Of a DNA stretch of 64,000 nt, positions 1 to 9,148 are shown one piece after another. The stretch's first letter is position 1. The number at the start of each line of letters is the position of its first letter. The stretch is from Bacillales bacterium UBA3946 (GTDB lineage: Bacteria > Bacillota_I > Bacilli_A > ML615J-28 > CAG-698), in contig DGDS01000016.1 of the NCBI GenBank assembly GCA_002385575.1, positions 11,865 through 75,864 on the forward strand, read 5' to 3'. The notes under the pieces are model-generated. The model searched no databases. It was not told the origin of the DNA and was given only the letters and a program-made list of their open reading frames with translations. The position numbers were made by a program, and so were the translations under genes.

Positions 1-287
1 CCGACAGCGAAATCGGCGCTTTCAACACCGTGACCTTCATTCTCGGCATCGTCGCCTTTTTCATCCTCGGCTTTCTTGCCGGCAACACGGCGCAACGCAA
101 CGGGCTTCTGGAAGGCTTGATCGCAGCGCTGATTGTCATCTTGGTGACGCTGGTCCTCAACTTCTTCATCCAGGTGCCGTTCGTCGCCAAATCCTTCATC
201 AAGACGGCAAGCTTTCTTACCAGTTCGGCCTTGGGCGGAATCATCGGCGTCAATTTCCGTTCTCTGTTCGGAGCTCGGGAAGAATAG
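1..287 (+). CDS. C-terminal fragment of a small multi-pass membrane protein; the gene starts upstream of the window
   Basis: ORF 30..287 is open to the window edge. Hydrophobic helices (IVAFFILGFLAG, LIAALIVILVTLVL). No recognisable family. Confidence 0.35.
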   Translation, partial: DSEIGAFNTVTFILGIVAFFILGFLAGNTAQRNGLLEGLIAALIVILVTLVLNFFIQVPFVAKSFIKTASFLTSSALGGIIGVNFRSLFGAREE

Positions 288-332
288 CATTTACAAGCGG
301 GTGCGGTTGTGATAAAATAAAGTCAAGGTGAT

Positions 333-1586
333 ATGATGGAACCCTTGGCATATAGATTACGGCCGCGAACGCTGGACGAAGTGATCGGACAGGCGCATCT
401 TGTCGGGAAAAACGGCGCCATCCGCCGCATGATCGCAAATAGACGCCTCCCGTCCCTGATCCTTTACGGCGGCCCCGGCACCGGTAAGACGACGATCGCG
501 CTCGCAGCCTGCGCCGACCTTGACTTTCCCTACCACACTTTCAACGCCAGCACCGACAACAAGGCGGCCCTCAAGGACATTATCGACGAAGCCAGGCTGA
601 CCCCGAATACGGTGATCATCGTCGACGAGATCCACCGGATGAAAAAGGACATCCAGGATTATTTGCTGCCATATGTCGAACGCGGCGCGGTGACGCTCAT
701 CGGGCTAACGACCGTAAATCCCTACCATTCCGTGAACCCGGCGATCCGTTCACGGACGCTCATATACAAACTGAACGAACTGACCGCGGACGATCTGCGC
801 ATCGCCTTTAAGCGCGCCCGCGACCAGCTTGGAAAGGCACTCGAATTCACTCCCGAAGCCGAGGAATACATCATCGGCATGGCAGGCGGGGAGATCCGCG
901 CCGTCATCAACATGGTGGAAGCGATCGGCTTTGCTTCGCGGGAAGGCGATACGGTGACCCTTGAATCCGCGAAGGCCGTCATCCTCCGTCCCTCCGTCCA
1001 CATCGACAAAAGCGACGACAATTACTACGATACCCTGAGCGGCCTGCATAAATCGATCCGCGGCAGCGACGCTGACGCGGCGTTGCATTACCTTGCGAAG
1101 CTGCTTACCGCCGAGGACTTCCTCCCCCTCGTCCGCCGGCTTTACTGCATCTGCTACGAGGATATCTCGCTCGCCAATCCGGCGATGGGACCGAAGGTGC
1201 GCGCGGCCTGCGAGGCGGCGCTCGAACTCGGAATGCCGGAAGCGCGCCTACCGCTGGCCAGCATTGTCGTGGACATGGCGCTTTCGCCGAAGTCCAACAG
1301 CACGTGCCAGGCGATCGATACGGCGATGAAGGACATCGAGGAAGGAAAAAGCGGCCCGCTACCGCCGCATCTGAAAAACATCGAATCCTTCGATCCGCGC
1401 CAGGTGCCCTACAAATATCCCCATGATTATCCTGGCGCCTGGGTCGACCAGCAATACCTGCCCGACGCCATTCGCGACCGTCAGTACTATATTCCCAAAC
1501 CCTCGAGCAAATACGAGGAGGCGATAGCGGAACGCTATCAGGCGATCCAGGAAGCCAAACGGAAAAACAAATCCAACGACCGTTGA
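333..1586 (+). CDS. rarA: Replication-associated recombination protein A (AAA+ ATPase, MgsA/RarA family)
   Basis: Walker A GGPGTGKTT, Walker B IIVDEIHR and a C-terminal MgsA helical domain; 417 aa is the typical length. Confidence 0.9.
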   Translation: MMEPLAYRLRPRTLDEVIGQAHLVGKNGAIRRMIANRRLPSLILYGGPGTGKTTIALAACADLDFPYHTFNASTDNKAALKDIIDEARLTPNTVIIVDEIHRMKKDIQDYLLPYVERGAVTLIGLTTVNPYHSVNPAIRSRTLIYKLNELTADDLRIAFKRARDQLGKALEFTPEAEEYIIGMAGGEIRAVINMVEAIGFASREGDTVTLESAKAVILRPSVHIDKSDDNYYDTLSGLHKSIRGSDADAALHYLAKLLTAEDFLPLVRRLYCICYEDISLANPAMGPKVRAACEAALELGMPEARLPLASIVVDMALSPKSNSTCQAIDTAMKDIEEGKSGPLPPHLKNIESFDPRQVPYKYPHDYPGAWVDQQYLPDAIRDRQYYIPKPSSKYEEAIAERYQAIQEAKRKNKSNDR

Positions 1587-1596
1587 CCGGTCGTTT

Positions 1597-3336
1597 TTAT
1601 TTAAGATGCCCCTTGACCGCCTCGATATCCTTCTTCGAGACAAGCGCGGTCTGGATTCGTCTGGCCTTGATCTGGCTGAGGAAAAAGCAGTCGCCTTCCG
1701 CCTGCAGGTACGTGGCGTTTTCATTATTGAGGATCTTCTGCGAGAAGGCAGCGCTTTCCAATTTGAAGATCAGTTTGTTTGGAAAAAGGCTGAGGATGAT
1801 GCTGGTGGCGTACATGGGGTCACGGATCACATAGAGGACGGTGATGCCCGCCTTTTCACCAAGCTGGATGATGTACATTAATTTATTTTCAAAATACGCA
1901 TAGGTTTCCTTGTCACAGTCGAGGCGGTTTATAATGAGGAACTTCCGTCGCAGCATCTGCTCTGGTCGGTTCGCGATCTCCAGTTTCTTATTATATTCGG
2001 ACAGGGAGGCAACGCCGGCGCCGTTGATCGTTTCCAACTTAGCGTCAATTTCGGCGATGACTGCCGTCAGATACTCGTTTACATCGGTCTCGGTGTGGAC
2101 GGGGATGAGGTCATGAAGGACGAAGAGTTCGTTTTTATGATCGTATAGTTCGATTTCGTAGTTAAGCAGGTTCTCCTTGACGAACAAGGCGAAAACGAAG
2201 AAATTGATGAAGTTCCGCAGGCCGGTCTTCTCACTTCCGATCAGAAGCAAATGCCCGTTCTGGGCGACGTCGAGCTCACAAAGCTTGTTTTCGTACGTCA
2301 ATCCAAGCGGAATTAGGAAATTGTTGTGCAGGCTGGTTTGTTTCATCAACAGTTCACGAAGCGTTAAGATCTGCGGGTACTTGTTTACGACCTGGAGCAT
2401 CAGCGTGCTCCCGTCGCGCGCCATGAGCAACTCCTCTTCGATGACATTGTTCAAGCGTTCGAGCAGCTTCGCGGTCTCGAATTCGGAAAACACGGTGAAC
2501 TTGTAGGTCGTGACCTTGTAGGAAACGGTCAGTTCGAGGTCGCGGTACTCGATATGGAGGTTGTTAAAGACGGAATGGATCAGGCTTCGCGTTTCGTAAG
2601 CCAGTTTTTCCTGGAAGTTGTAATTCATGACGTTCTGATATTCTTCGAGGATCTTAAGCGGAACCTGCTGCGACCTGGCGAAAATGTTCTTCTTCTCCGG
2701 CGCGGCGCCGCGGCGACCGAGATCGTACTTGAAAAAGCGGTTGAACCGTTTCCCGAGCCGGCCGACATCCTTGACGCGCCGGCCGAGGTTTTTGAAAATG
2801 TCGACGATCGGCATGTCGATGATGAGCGAGATTCCCAACATCAAAACGAAGGCTCCGGCCAATACGACCCCGACCGTCCCGATCATGTAATAGGCAACGT
2901 AAAACATCACCGCACCTAGCATTCCGCCGCCCAGGTACATATCGGATCCGGTGTTGATGTAGAGCCGGTAAAGCGCCCATGTCTCCGCAAAATAATTCCG
3001 ATTACGTTGCTTGATGAGGTTGTGGATCGGGAAATGGGCGAAGATCAGCAAGCTGAAGCAAATGAACACGCAGCCGATGAAGCGCGGGTTCTTGAAGTCG
3101 AAACTCTTGTGCCGTAAAAGACTTAAAAAACCGAAAAACAACAAAAAGAGGATGAAGATCCAGTACCAGTCGCCAAAGATGACTTTGAAAAAGACGGCCA
3201 GGAAATAACCGACCTTGCCGAGGCGGCCAAGAATCGTAATCGCGAGGATGATGCAAATGACCCCGACCAGTTCATAGTAAAACAGCGTTTCTTCTTTCTC
3301 TTTTTCGTCGGCGCTGCGTTTCTTCTCTTTGGCCAT
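1597..3336 (-). CDS. FtsK/SpoIIIE-family membrane protein with degenerate ATPase motifs (probable pseudo-translocase)
   Basis: An N-terminal block of 4-5 TM helices, then a domain that aligns along the FtsK motor: HLLLIGSEKTG in place of Walker A GATGSGKS, FLIINRLDCD in place of Walker B VVIVDELADL, and VLYVIRDP matching ILATQRP. Confidence 0.65.
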   Translation of the reverse strand: MAKEKKRSADEKEKEETLFYYELVGVICIILAITILGRLGKVGYFLAVFFKVIFGDWYWIFILFLLFFGFLSLLRHKSFDFKNPRFIGCVFICFSLLIFAHFPIHNLIKQRNRNYFAETWALYRLYINTGSDMYLGGGMLGAVMFYVAYYMIGTVGVVLAGAFVLMLGISLIIDMPIVDIFKNLGRRVKDVGRLGKRFNRFFKYDLGRRGAAPEKKNIFARSQQVPLKILEEYQNVMNYNFQEKLAYETRSLIHSVFNNLHIEYRDLELTVSYKVTTYKFTVFSEFETAKLLERLNNVIEEELLMARDGSTLMLQVVNKYPQILTLRELLMKQTSLHNNFLIPLGLTYENKLCELDVAQNGHLLLIGSEKTGLRNFINFFVFALFVKENLLNYEIELYDHKNELFVLHDLIPVHTETDVNEYLTAVIAEIDAKLETINGAGVASLSEYNKKLEIANRPEQMLRRKFLIINRLDCDKETYAYFENKLMYIIQLGEKAGITVLYVIRDPMYATSIILSLFPNKLIFKLESAAFSQKILNNENATYLQAEGDCFFLSQIKARRIQTALVSKKDIEAVKGHLK

Positions 3337-3428
3337 CGCTTCCTGCCCCCTTTCACCCCATTGTATAACAATGGCTTGTTGAAAAAAGATAGATTTTGCC
3401 GGGGCGCGGGGAAGTTTCGCAAGAAAAA

Positions 3429-3454
3429 AGCAGGATCGAAAAGCGATCCTGCTT
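3429..3454 (-). terminator. Rho-independent terminator downstream of rpmG
   Basis: Minus-strand hairpin GCAGGATCG-CTTTT-CGATCCTGC followed by a T-run, directly after the rpmG stop. Confidence 0.6.
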
Positions 3455-3610
3455 CTATTTCTTGGTTTTTTCGCGATGCAGCGTTTGCTTGCGGCACTTC
3501 GGGCAGAACTTCATTTGTTCCAGTCTGTCAGGAGTGTTCTTTTTATTTTTTTCCGTCAGATAGTTTTCCTCGTTACATACGGTACAACGCATCAAGAATG
3601 TTACGCGCAT
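3455..3610 (-). CDS. rpmG: 50S ribosomal protein L33 (51 aa; missing from the ORF track because it is under 60 aa)
   Basis: Minus-strand translation [51 protein letters not shown] shows the L33 signature (C-x-x-C ... NYxTxKNKRN.PDRLE ... CP.CR). AGGAGG RBS 7 nt upstream. Confidence 0.85.
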   Translation of the reverse strand: MRVTFLMRCTVCNEENYLTEKNKKNTPDRLEQMKFCPKCRKQTLHREKTKK

Positions 3611-3642
3611 ATAATTTCCTCCTAGCAACTTAAATCAACTTA

Positions 3643-3677
3643 TTATACTATAACTACGCGGAAAATGCAAGGTTTTT
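3643..3677 (-). promoter_or_regulatory. Sigma-A-type promoter for rpmG (TTGCAT-17-TATAAT)
   Basis: Minus strand reads ccTTGCATtttccgcgtagttatagTATAATaag, about 35 nt upstream of the rpmG RBS. Confidence 0.5.
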
Positions 3678-3826
3678 TTTAAAGATTGCCGCAGGAAATC
3701 AGATTTTTTTCATGTTTTCATGGCCACTTGACCATTATCCTCATTTTCCATTTGCGATATTGAGCGTATTATGATAAAATAAATAGGCAATAATTATTTA
3801 ATTTATTACTTAAGGAGTAATGACCT

Positions 3827-4291
3827 ATGACTGATAATAATCCGGAAAAACCGAACGATGAACAAAAGCCGATGAAGATGAACCGGAAGGAAAAACGCCG
3901 GTTACGCATCATCACCCGCTTGATCGAAGGCGAAATCAACGGGCCAAAAGCGGCAAAAATGCTCAAAGTGACGACCCGGCAAATCCGTAACCTCAAACGC
4001 CAGGTGCTTACGGAAGGCGCCGTCGGCGTCGTCCATAAAAACCGCTTTTATAAACCCGTCAACCGTTATGACGAGGATATGCGCGAGGAAATCGCCCATA
4101 TCTACCGCGTCGAGTTCCGGAAAACGAAGACGAATTTCACCGAGTTCGCGCGGCTGATGCAGGAACGCGGCTACGACCTTTCCCGCAGCACGATTTACAA
4201 CATTCTACGGGAAAACCGGATCCGCTCACCGCAGCGCAAGCGCCGGAGAAGACGGAAACAGGCAGTGCAGGTGAACGATGTCCAGAAGTAA
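3827..4291 (+). CDS. HTH DNA-binding protein resembling the N-terminal region of IS481/IS1202-type transposases, with no catalytic domain and a poly-Arg tail
   Basis: RLRIITRLIEGEI..AAKMLKVTTRQIRNLKRQVLTEG..GVVHKNRFYKPVNRYDEDMREEI...SRSTIYNIL follows the pattern of transposase N-terminal HTH modules. No rve/DDE domain follows; ispG starts inside its last 14 nt. AAGGAG RBS present. Confidence 0.5.
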   Translation: MTDNNPEKPNDEQKPMKMNRKEKRRLRIITRLIEGEINGPKAAKMLKVTTRQIRNLKRQVLTEGAVGVVHKNRFYKPVNRYDEDMREEIAHIYRVEFRKTKTNFTEFARLMQERGYDLSRSTIYNILRENRIRSPQRKRRRRRKQAVQVNDVQK

Positions 4292-5387
4292 TACGAAAAA
4301 AATCGCCATCGGTTACGTCACGATCGGCGGTGGCGAGCCAGTCGCCATCCAAAGCATGACGACGACGAAAACCAGGTTCGTGCAAGCGACCGTCAGGCAG
4401 ATCCGCAAACTTCAAAAAGAAGGCTGCCAGATCATCCGCGTCGCCGTCCTTGACCGCCGCGATGCCGAGGCGCTGGGAGAAATCAAAAGAAAGATCGTCA
4501 TACCGCTTGTGGCGGACATCCATTTTGATTACCGTCTCGCCCTCGCCGCGATTGAACAAGGCGTGGACAAGATCCGCATCAATCCCGGCAACATCGGCAG
4601 CCGGGAACGCGTCCGCCTCGTCGTGGAAGCGTGCCAAAAGCATAAAATCCCGATCCGGATCGGGATTAATTCCGGGTCACTGGAAAAGGACCTCATTCCT
4701 CTTTATCATAAGGATCCGGCCGCGGCGCTTATCGAAAGCACACGCCGGAACATCGCGATTCTGGAGGAATTCGGTTTCACCGACATCGTCCTTTCCCTCA
4801 AAGCCACCGATCCGCTTGTGACCATCGCAACTTATCGGCAGGCGGCGCAGCTCTTTCCTTATCCGCTGCACCTCGGGCTGACCGAGGCGGGTACGGCTTT
4901 TTCCGGAACTGTTCGTTCCGCCGCTGCCCTTGGCATTCTTCTTTCCGAAGGAATCGGCGACACGATCCGCATTTCACTGACTGCCGACCCCATCGAGGAG
5001 ATCAGGGCCGCGAAGGAACTACTTTCCACCTTTGGTTTACATAAGAAGCCCGTTCTCATCAGTTGCCCGACCTGCGGCCGGCTCCAGTACGACATGCTCC
5101 CGATCGTCGCAAAAATCGAGCGTTATCTTTACCAGTTCAGCGACCTTGACATCAAAGTTGCGATCATGGGTTGCGCCGTGAACGGCCCCGGTGAGGCCAG
5201 GGAAGCTGATATCGGCGTTGCGGGCGACGGGGATGGCGCTCTTCTTTTTAGTAAGGGTGAAGTCATTGGCCGCTTGAAGGCGGAAGAGATCATCCCGACT
5301 CTGAAGTCGGAAATCCGGAAACTATATTATTCGAAAAAAGATGTGACGTTCATCGAAACCTTACCTGAGAAAGAAAAAAAAGAGTAG
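4278..5387 (+). CDS. ispG: 4-hydroxy-3-methylbut-2-en-1-yl diphosphate synthase (flavodoxin), MEP pathway
   Basis: GcpE family sequence over the full length (IRINPGNIG, C-x-x-C..C cluster SCPTCGR ... GCAVNGPGE). Confidence 0.9.
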   Translation: MSRSNTKKIAIGYVTIGGGEPVAIQSMTTTKTRFVQATVRQIRKLQKEGCQIIRVAVLDRRDAEALGEIKRKIVIPLVADIHFDYRLALAAIEQGVDKIRINPGNIGSRERVRLVVEACQKHKIPIRIGINSGSLEKDLIPLYHKDPAAALIESTRRNIAILEEFGFTDIVLSLKATDPLVTIATYRQAAQLFPYPLHLGLTEAGTAFSGTVRSAAALGILLSEGIGDTIRISLTADPIEEIRAAKELLSTFGLHKKPVLISCPTCGRLQYDMLPIVAKIERYLYQFSDLDIKVAIMGCAVNGPGEAREADIGVAGDGDGALLFSKGEVIGRLKAEEIIPTLKSEIRKLYYSKKDVTFIETLPEKEKKE

Positions 5388-5407
5388 CCAAACCTACTCT
5401 TTATTTC
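5375..5407. terminator. Bidirectional rho-independent terminator between ispG and copZ
   Basis: AGAGTAGccaaacCTACTCT stem flanked by an A-run upstream and a T-run downstream. Confidence 0.55.
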
Positions 5408-5410
5408 ATT

Positions 5411-5623
5411 TCATGCTTCTTCTATTGTGACGACTTCATAACCTTCGTCTTCAATGGCAGTAATGATCTCCGCATCCGCGACCGGTTGTTTCATCGTGAT
5501 GAAGGCCACGTTTTCCTTGAAACTCACTTTCACCTTGACGCCCTCAAGGGCGTTAAGGGCCGTCTCAAGACGCTTCGCGCAATGCTTGCAATGCATACCG
5601 TTAATCTTGACGGTTTTTTTCAT
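5411..5623 (-). CDS. copZ: Heavy-metal-associated (HMA) domain copper chaperone, CopZ-like
   Basis: 70 aa with the GMHCKHC metal-binding motif and a ferredoxin-like HMA fold pattern. No adjacent P-type ATPase. Confidence 0.75.
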   Translation of the reverse strand: MKKTVKINGMHCKHCAKRLETALNALEGVKVKVSFKENVAFITMKQPVADAEIITAIEDEGYEVVTIEEA

Positions 5624-5635
5624 TTTAACCTCCGT

Positions 5636-6937
5636 TTAGTCTTCTTCCTTCCCGCCTTCCGCGGTCATCAGGACGACTTCTTTATCAATCTTCGAATCAA
5701 TTTCCGAGACGTTCTGTATATGTTCAAGTTCCTTTTGAATCTTGCGTGTCCGGACGCCGACCAGTTCGTCAAGTTGCTTGTTCGCCTGGCTGATGCGTTG
5801 TTGCGTCTCGGCCAGAACCTTACCAAACTTATCAAACTCAGTCTTGACACGGTTGAGGATCTTCCATACCTCGCCGCTGCGCTTCTGAATTAACAGGGTC
5901 TTGAATCCCATCCTTAGCGAGTTCAAAAGCGCCGCCATCGTCGTCGGACCAGCGATGTTAACGCGGTATTCCCGCTGCATTCGCTCGACGACGCCCAGAT
6001 TGAGCGCTTCGGCATATAATCCCTCAATCGGCAGGAACATGATCGCGAATTCGGTCGTGTTGGGCACGTCGATGTATTTCTGGTTAATGTCCTTCGCTTC
6101 CTTCAAAAGCGTCGTTTCTAGGTCTTTTTTAGCCTGTTTCACAGCATTCGGATCCACGCTATCATACGCATCAAGGAGAGACATGTACTTATCAAGCGGA
6201 AATTTCGCGTCAATCGGTAAGTACACAGACTCATTTTCGTTGGGTCCGGGCAACTTGACCGCGTAATCGACGCGGTCGCTGCTTCCAATCTTGGTGGGAA
6301 ACTCGGCTACGTACTGATCGGGAGCGAGAATTTGTTCAAGGATGCTTCCAAGTTGAATTTCTCCAAGCACGCCGCGCGTTTTTACGTTCGCCAACACTTT
6401 TTTCAGGTCGCCGACATCACCGGCGATGGCCTGCATCTCTCCCAGCCCCTTATATACCGCTTCCAGGCGTTCGCTGACAAGCCGGAATGATTGGGAGATC
6501 CGGTCTTCGAGCGTCTTCTGCAGTTTCTCATCGACCATGTTACGAATCTCTTCAAGCTTTTGCGCGTTCTCACTCTGAAGACGGGTCAGCGAATTCTCGA
6601 CGGTCTCACGGATTCCCCCAAGCGACTTTTCTAGGCTCTGACGGATGTTTTCGAGCTTCTGCTCGGTTTCCATTGCGAATTTACTGTCGCGTTCGATTCC
6701 CTGCTGAAAAAACGCGGAGATCGACTTTAATAACAACTCATTATTATCGCTTTGGGCCTTGGAAAGAATGTTTCCCAGGCTACTTACGGCGTTAGTGATT
6801 GAATTGTTGATGTCATGACGCATTTCCTGAAAAGCATCGCGGGTGTTGTTCTTCGGACGCCTGACGAGGATAACGATAAGCAGGGCAAGCACGGCCACTG
6901 TAAGACCAAAACTAATCCAATATAAAATCTCGGGCAT
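5636..6937 (-). CDS. rmuC: DNA recombination protein RmuC
   Basis: N-terminal TM, long coiled-coil region, and a C-terminal RmuC nuclease-like domain (FAIMFLPIEGLYAEAL). Confidence 0.8.
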   Translation of the reverse strand: MPEILYWISFGLTVAVLALLIVILVRRPKNNTRDAFQEMRHDINNSITNAVSSLGNILSKAQSDNNELLLKSISAFFQQGIERDSKFAMETEQKLENIRQSLEKSLGGIRETVENSLTRLQSENAQKLEEIRNMVDEKLQKTLEDRISQSFRLVSERLEAVYKGLGEMQAIAGDVGDLKKVLANVKTRGVLGEIQLGSILEQILAPDQYVAEFPTKIGSSDRVDYAVKLPGPNENESVYLPIDAKFPLDKYMSLLDAYDSVDPNAVKQAKKDLETTLLKEAKDINQKYIDVPNTTEFAIMFLPIEGLYAEALNLGVVERMQREYRVNIAGPTTMAALLNSLRMGFKTLLIQKRSGEVWKILNRVKTEFDKFGKVLAETQQRISQANKQLDELVGVRTRKIQKELEHIQNVSEIDSKIDKEVVLMTAEGGKEED

Positions 6938-6941
6938 AACT

Positions 6942-7832
6942 TCATCCTTTCTTTAGTTCACATATAAAATCGTGAAAACTACCGGCGCGCAGCATCGCGA
7001 TTTCCTCTCGGTACGGTGATGTTTCCATCTCTCCTGTTTTCACGTATGGTGTCTCGAGGATCTTCGGCTTATCCTTGAAGCGTTCGTCGGATGCGATCCG
7101 CGCAAGCGTGGAAAAGCCGATCTTGCCGCAGCCGATGTTCTCGTGGCGGTCCTTGCGGGCGCCGCGCTCGTTTTTCGAATCGTTGATGTGGATCACGGCA
7201 AGACGGTCAAAACCGATGATGCGGTCGAAAGCGGAAAGCGTCTCTTCATAACCGGATACGAGATCATAACCAGCGTCATGGACATGGCAGGTATCAAGGC
7301 ATACCTTGAGACGCGGACTGTCGACGGCTTTTAAGAGAAAGGCGATCTCCTCAAAATCCCGTCCGCATTCCGTACCTTTACCCGACATCGTCTCGACCAC
7401 AAGATCCACGCCTGACCCTTCCGTCCGGTCGATGATCTCCCGGAGGGCGCGGGCAATTTTCTCCAGCCCCTCCTGCGGGGACAGGTGCAGGCGGCTTCCG
7501 GGATGGAAGACATAATTACGGGCGCCGATGATTCCGGTATCGTTGACTTCGTTAATCATGAAGTCAATGGCAAAACGGCGGTGGCTTTCGTCTTCCTGGG
7601 CAAGGTTAAGGATATAAGGGGCATGAACGACGATGTCGGCCGGATCGATGCCCCCGTCCAGGGCCAGTTGACGCGCTTCTTCAACCCTTAGACTGGAAAT
7701 GGGCTTACGGAAGGAATTTTGCGGGGGACCGAGATAAACCATCATGGCGGTCGCCCCGTACGATAACGCCTCGCGGACGGAACCTAAGAGCATCTCCGGG
7801 CTTTTGTTCGAAACATGGCAACCGATTTTCAT
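6942..7832 (-). CDS. nfo: Deoxyribonuclease IV (endonuclease IV, AP endonuclease family 2)
   Basis: Nfo TIM-barrel signatures (HAPYILNL, CLDTCH, HINDSKN). Confidence 0.9.
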   Translation of the reverse strand: MKIGCHVSNKSPEMLLGSVREALSYGATAMMVYLGPPQNSFRKPISSLRVEEARQLALDGGIDPADIVVHAPYILNLAQEDESHRRFAIDFMINEVNDTGIIGARNYVFHPGSRLHLSPQEGLEKIARALREIIDRTEGSGVDLVVETMSGKGTECGRDFEEIAFLLKAVDSPRLKVCLDTCHVHDAGYDLVSGYEETLSAFDRIIGFDRLAVIHINDSKNERGARKDRHENIGCGKIGFSTLARIASDERFKDKPKILETPYVKTGEMETSPYREEIAMLRAGSFHDFICELKKG

Positions 7833-9148
7833 TGCTTTTTCCGCTTCCCCTTGTAAATCGCCTCGATCCGCTCGCGGCGGAGCTTACGGATGCGTTTCTC
7901 GATCTCCAGTTTCCGTTTTTTCCGGTATCCGGGCTTAATTTTCACCGGCATGGGAATGATCCGGTGCAATTCTTCGCCCAGTTGCTTGCGCCGGCGGAAC
8001 GTTCCGCTGCTGATGCGGACTAGCTCCCCGTTGACAAAATCCATGAGCGCGCACTTCAGTCCTTTAGCGCGCAGTTTTTGTAAATATTCGACGTCGTCAT
8101 AATCGTATAGGGAGATCGACATCCCGGTGAAACCAGCCCGGCCGGTGCGGCCAACGCGGTGCGTGAAGAAGTCAATATCCGTCGGTAACTCATAGTTGAT
8201 GACATGGCTGACGCCGGTAATGTCGATGCCCCGGGCTGCGAGGTCCGTCGCCACGACGTACTGGTATTGCCCGGATTTGATCCGGCGCAACATCTGTTTC
8301 CGGTCGCGGGGTGAAAGGTCGCCCGTCAGTTTCCCGACTTCAAGTCCGGTTGCGGCGAGGTGGGAAGCCAGTTCGTCGGCGCGGGCCTTCGTGTTGACAA
8401 AGATCAGGGCCAGATAGGGATGAAAAGTCGAAAACAGCTCGGAAAGCAGCGCGTCCTTGTCCCGGTTTTTGGCGGGGATGAATACATGGGTGATCGTTTC
8501 ACAGGTAAATTCCCGTCCTGCCAGGTCGATCATCGGGATCTTGGCAAGATATTTGTTCAAAAATACGCGCAGTTCCTGATTGATGGTCGCCGAAAAGACG
8601 AGGATTTGCGCGGTCGCGTCAATCCGGGAAAGAATTGCATCGACGGTGGTTAGTCTATCTGATTCAAAAATCATGTCAGCCTCGTCGAAGACGACCGTCC
8701 TTATCGTGTGGATCTTCAACGCGTTGGCTGTGACCGCAAGATCACTGATCCTCCCGATCGAACCAATCGCGATCTTCGGTTGCGATTTCGCCAACCGCTC
8801 GATCTCTCGCTCTCGGTCGGTGCCACCGACATACAGGCGGACATCGATCGGCATCGGGGCATGTTTTGTGATTTTGACCGTCTCCTCGTACAACTGGAAT
8901 CCCAGTTCCCGCGTCGGCGTCAGGATCAGCACTTCCGTTTCTGGTCCATCGCCAAGATTATTGATCAAAGGAAACAGGAAGGCATGGGTTTTCCCAGTCC
9001 CGGTCTGGCTTTTGCCGATGACGGACTGGCCGGAAAGGACCTTTGGGATGATCTTATCCTGAATCTCCGTCGGCGCGGTAAAACCAAGCTCGGCGATCGC
9101 CTCGTATATGAATTCTTTGAAACGATATTTCTTAAACATCCACTTCAC
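7829..9148 (-). CDS. cshB: DEAD-box ATP-dependent RNA helicase (CshB-like)
   Basis: Q-motif, GTGKT, PTRELGFQ, FDEAD, SAT and HRVGRTGRAG motifs, plus a basic C-terminal tail. Confidence 0.85.
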   Translation of the reverse strand: MKWMFKKYRFKEFIYEAIAELGFTAPTEIQDKIIPKVLSGQSVIGKSQTGTGKTHAFLFPLINNLGDGPETEVLILTPTRELGFQLYEETVKITKHAPMPIDVRLYVGGTDREREIERLAKSQPKIAIGSIGRISDLAVTANALKIHTIRTVVFDEADMIFESDRLTTVDAILSRIDATAQILVFSATINQELRVFLNKYLAKIPMIDLAGREFTCETITHVFIPAKNRDKDALLSELFSTFHPYLALIFVNTKARADELASHLAATGLEVGKLTGDLSPRDRKQMLRRIKSGQYQYVVATDLAARGIDITGVSHVINYELPTDIDFFTHRVGRTGRAGFTGMSISLYDYDDVEYLQKLRAKGLKCALMDFVNGELVRISSGTFRRRKQLGEELHRIIPMPVKIKPGYRKKRKLEIEKRIRKLRRERIEAIYKGKRKKQ

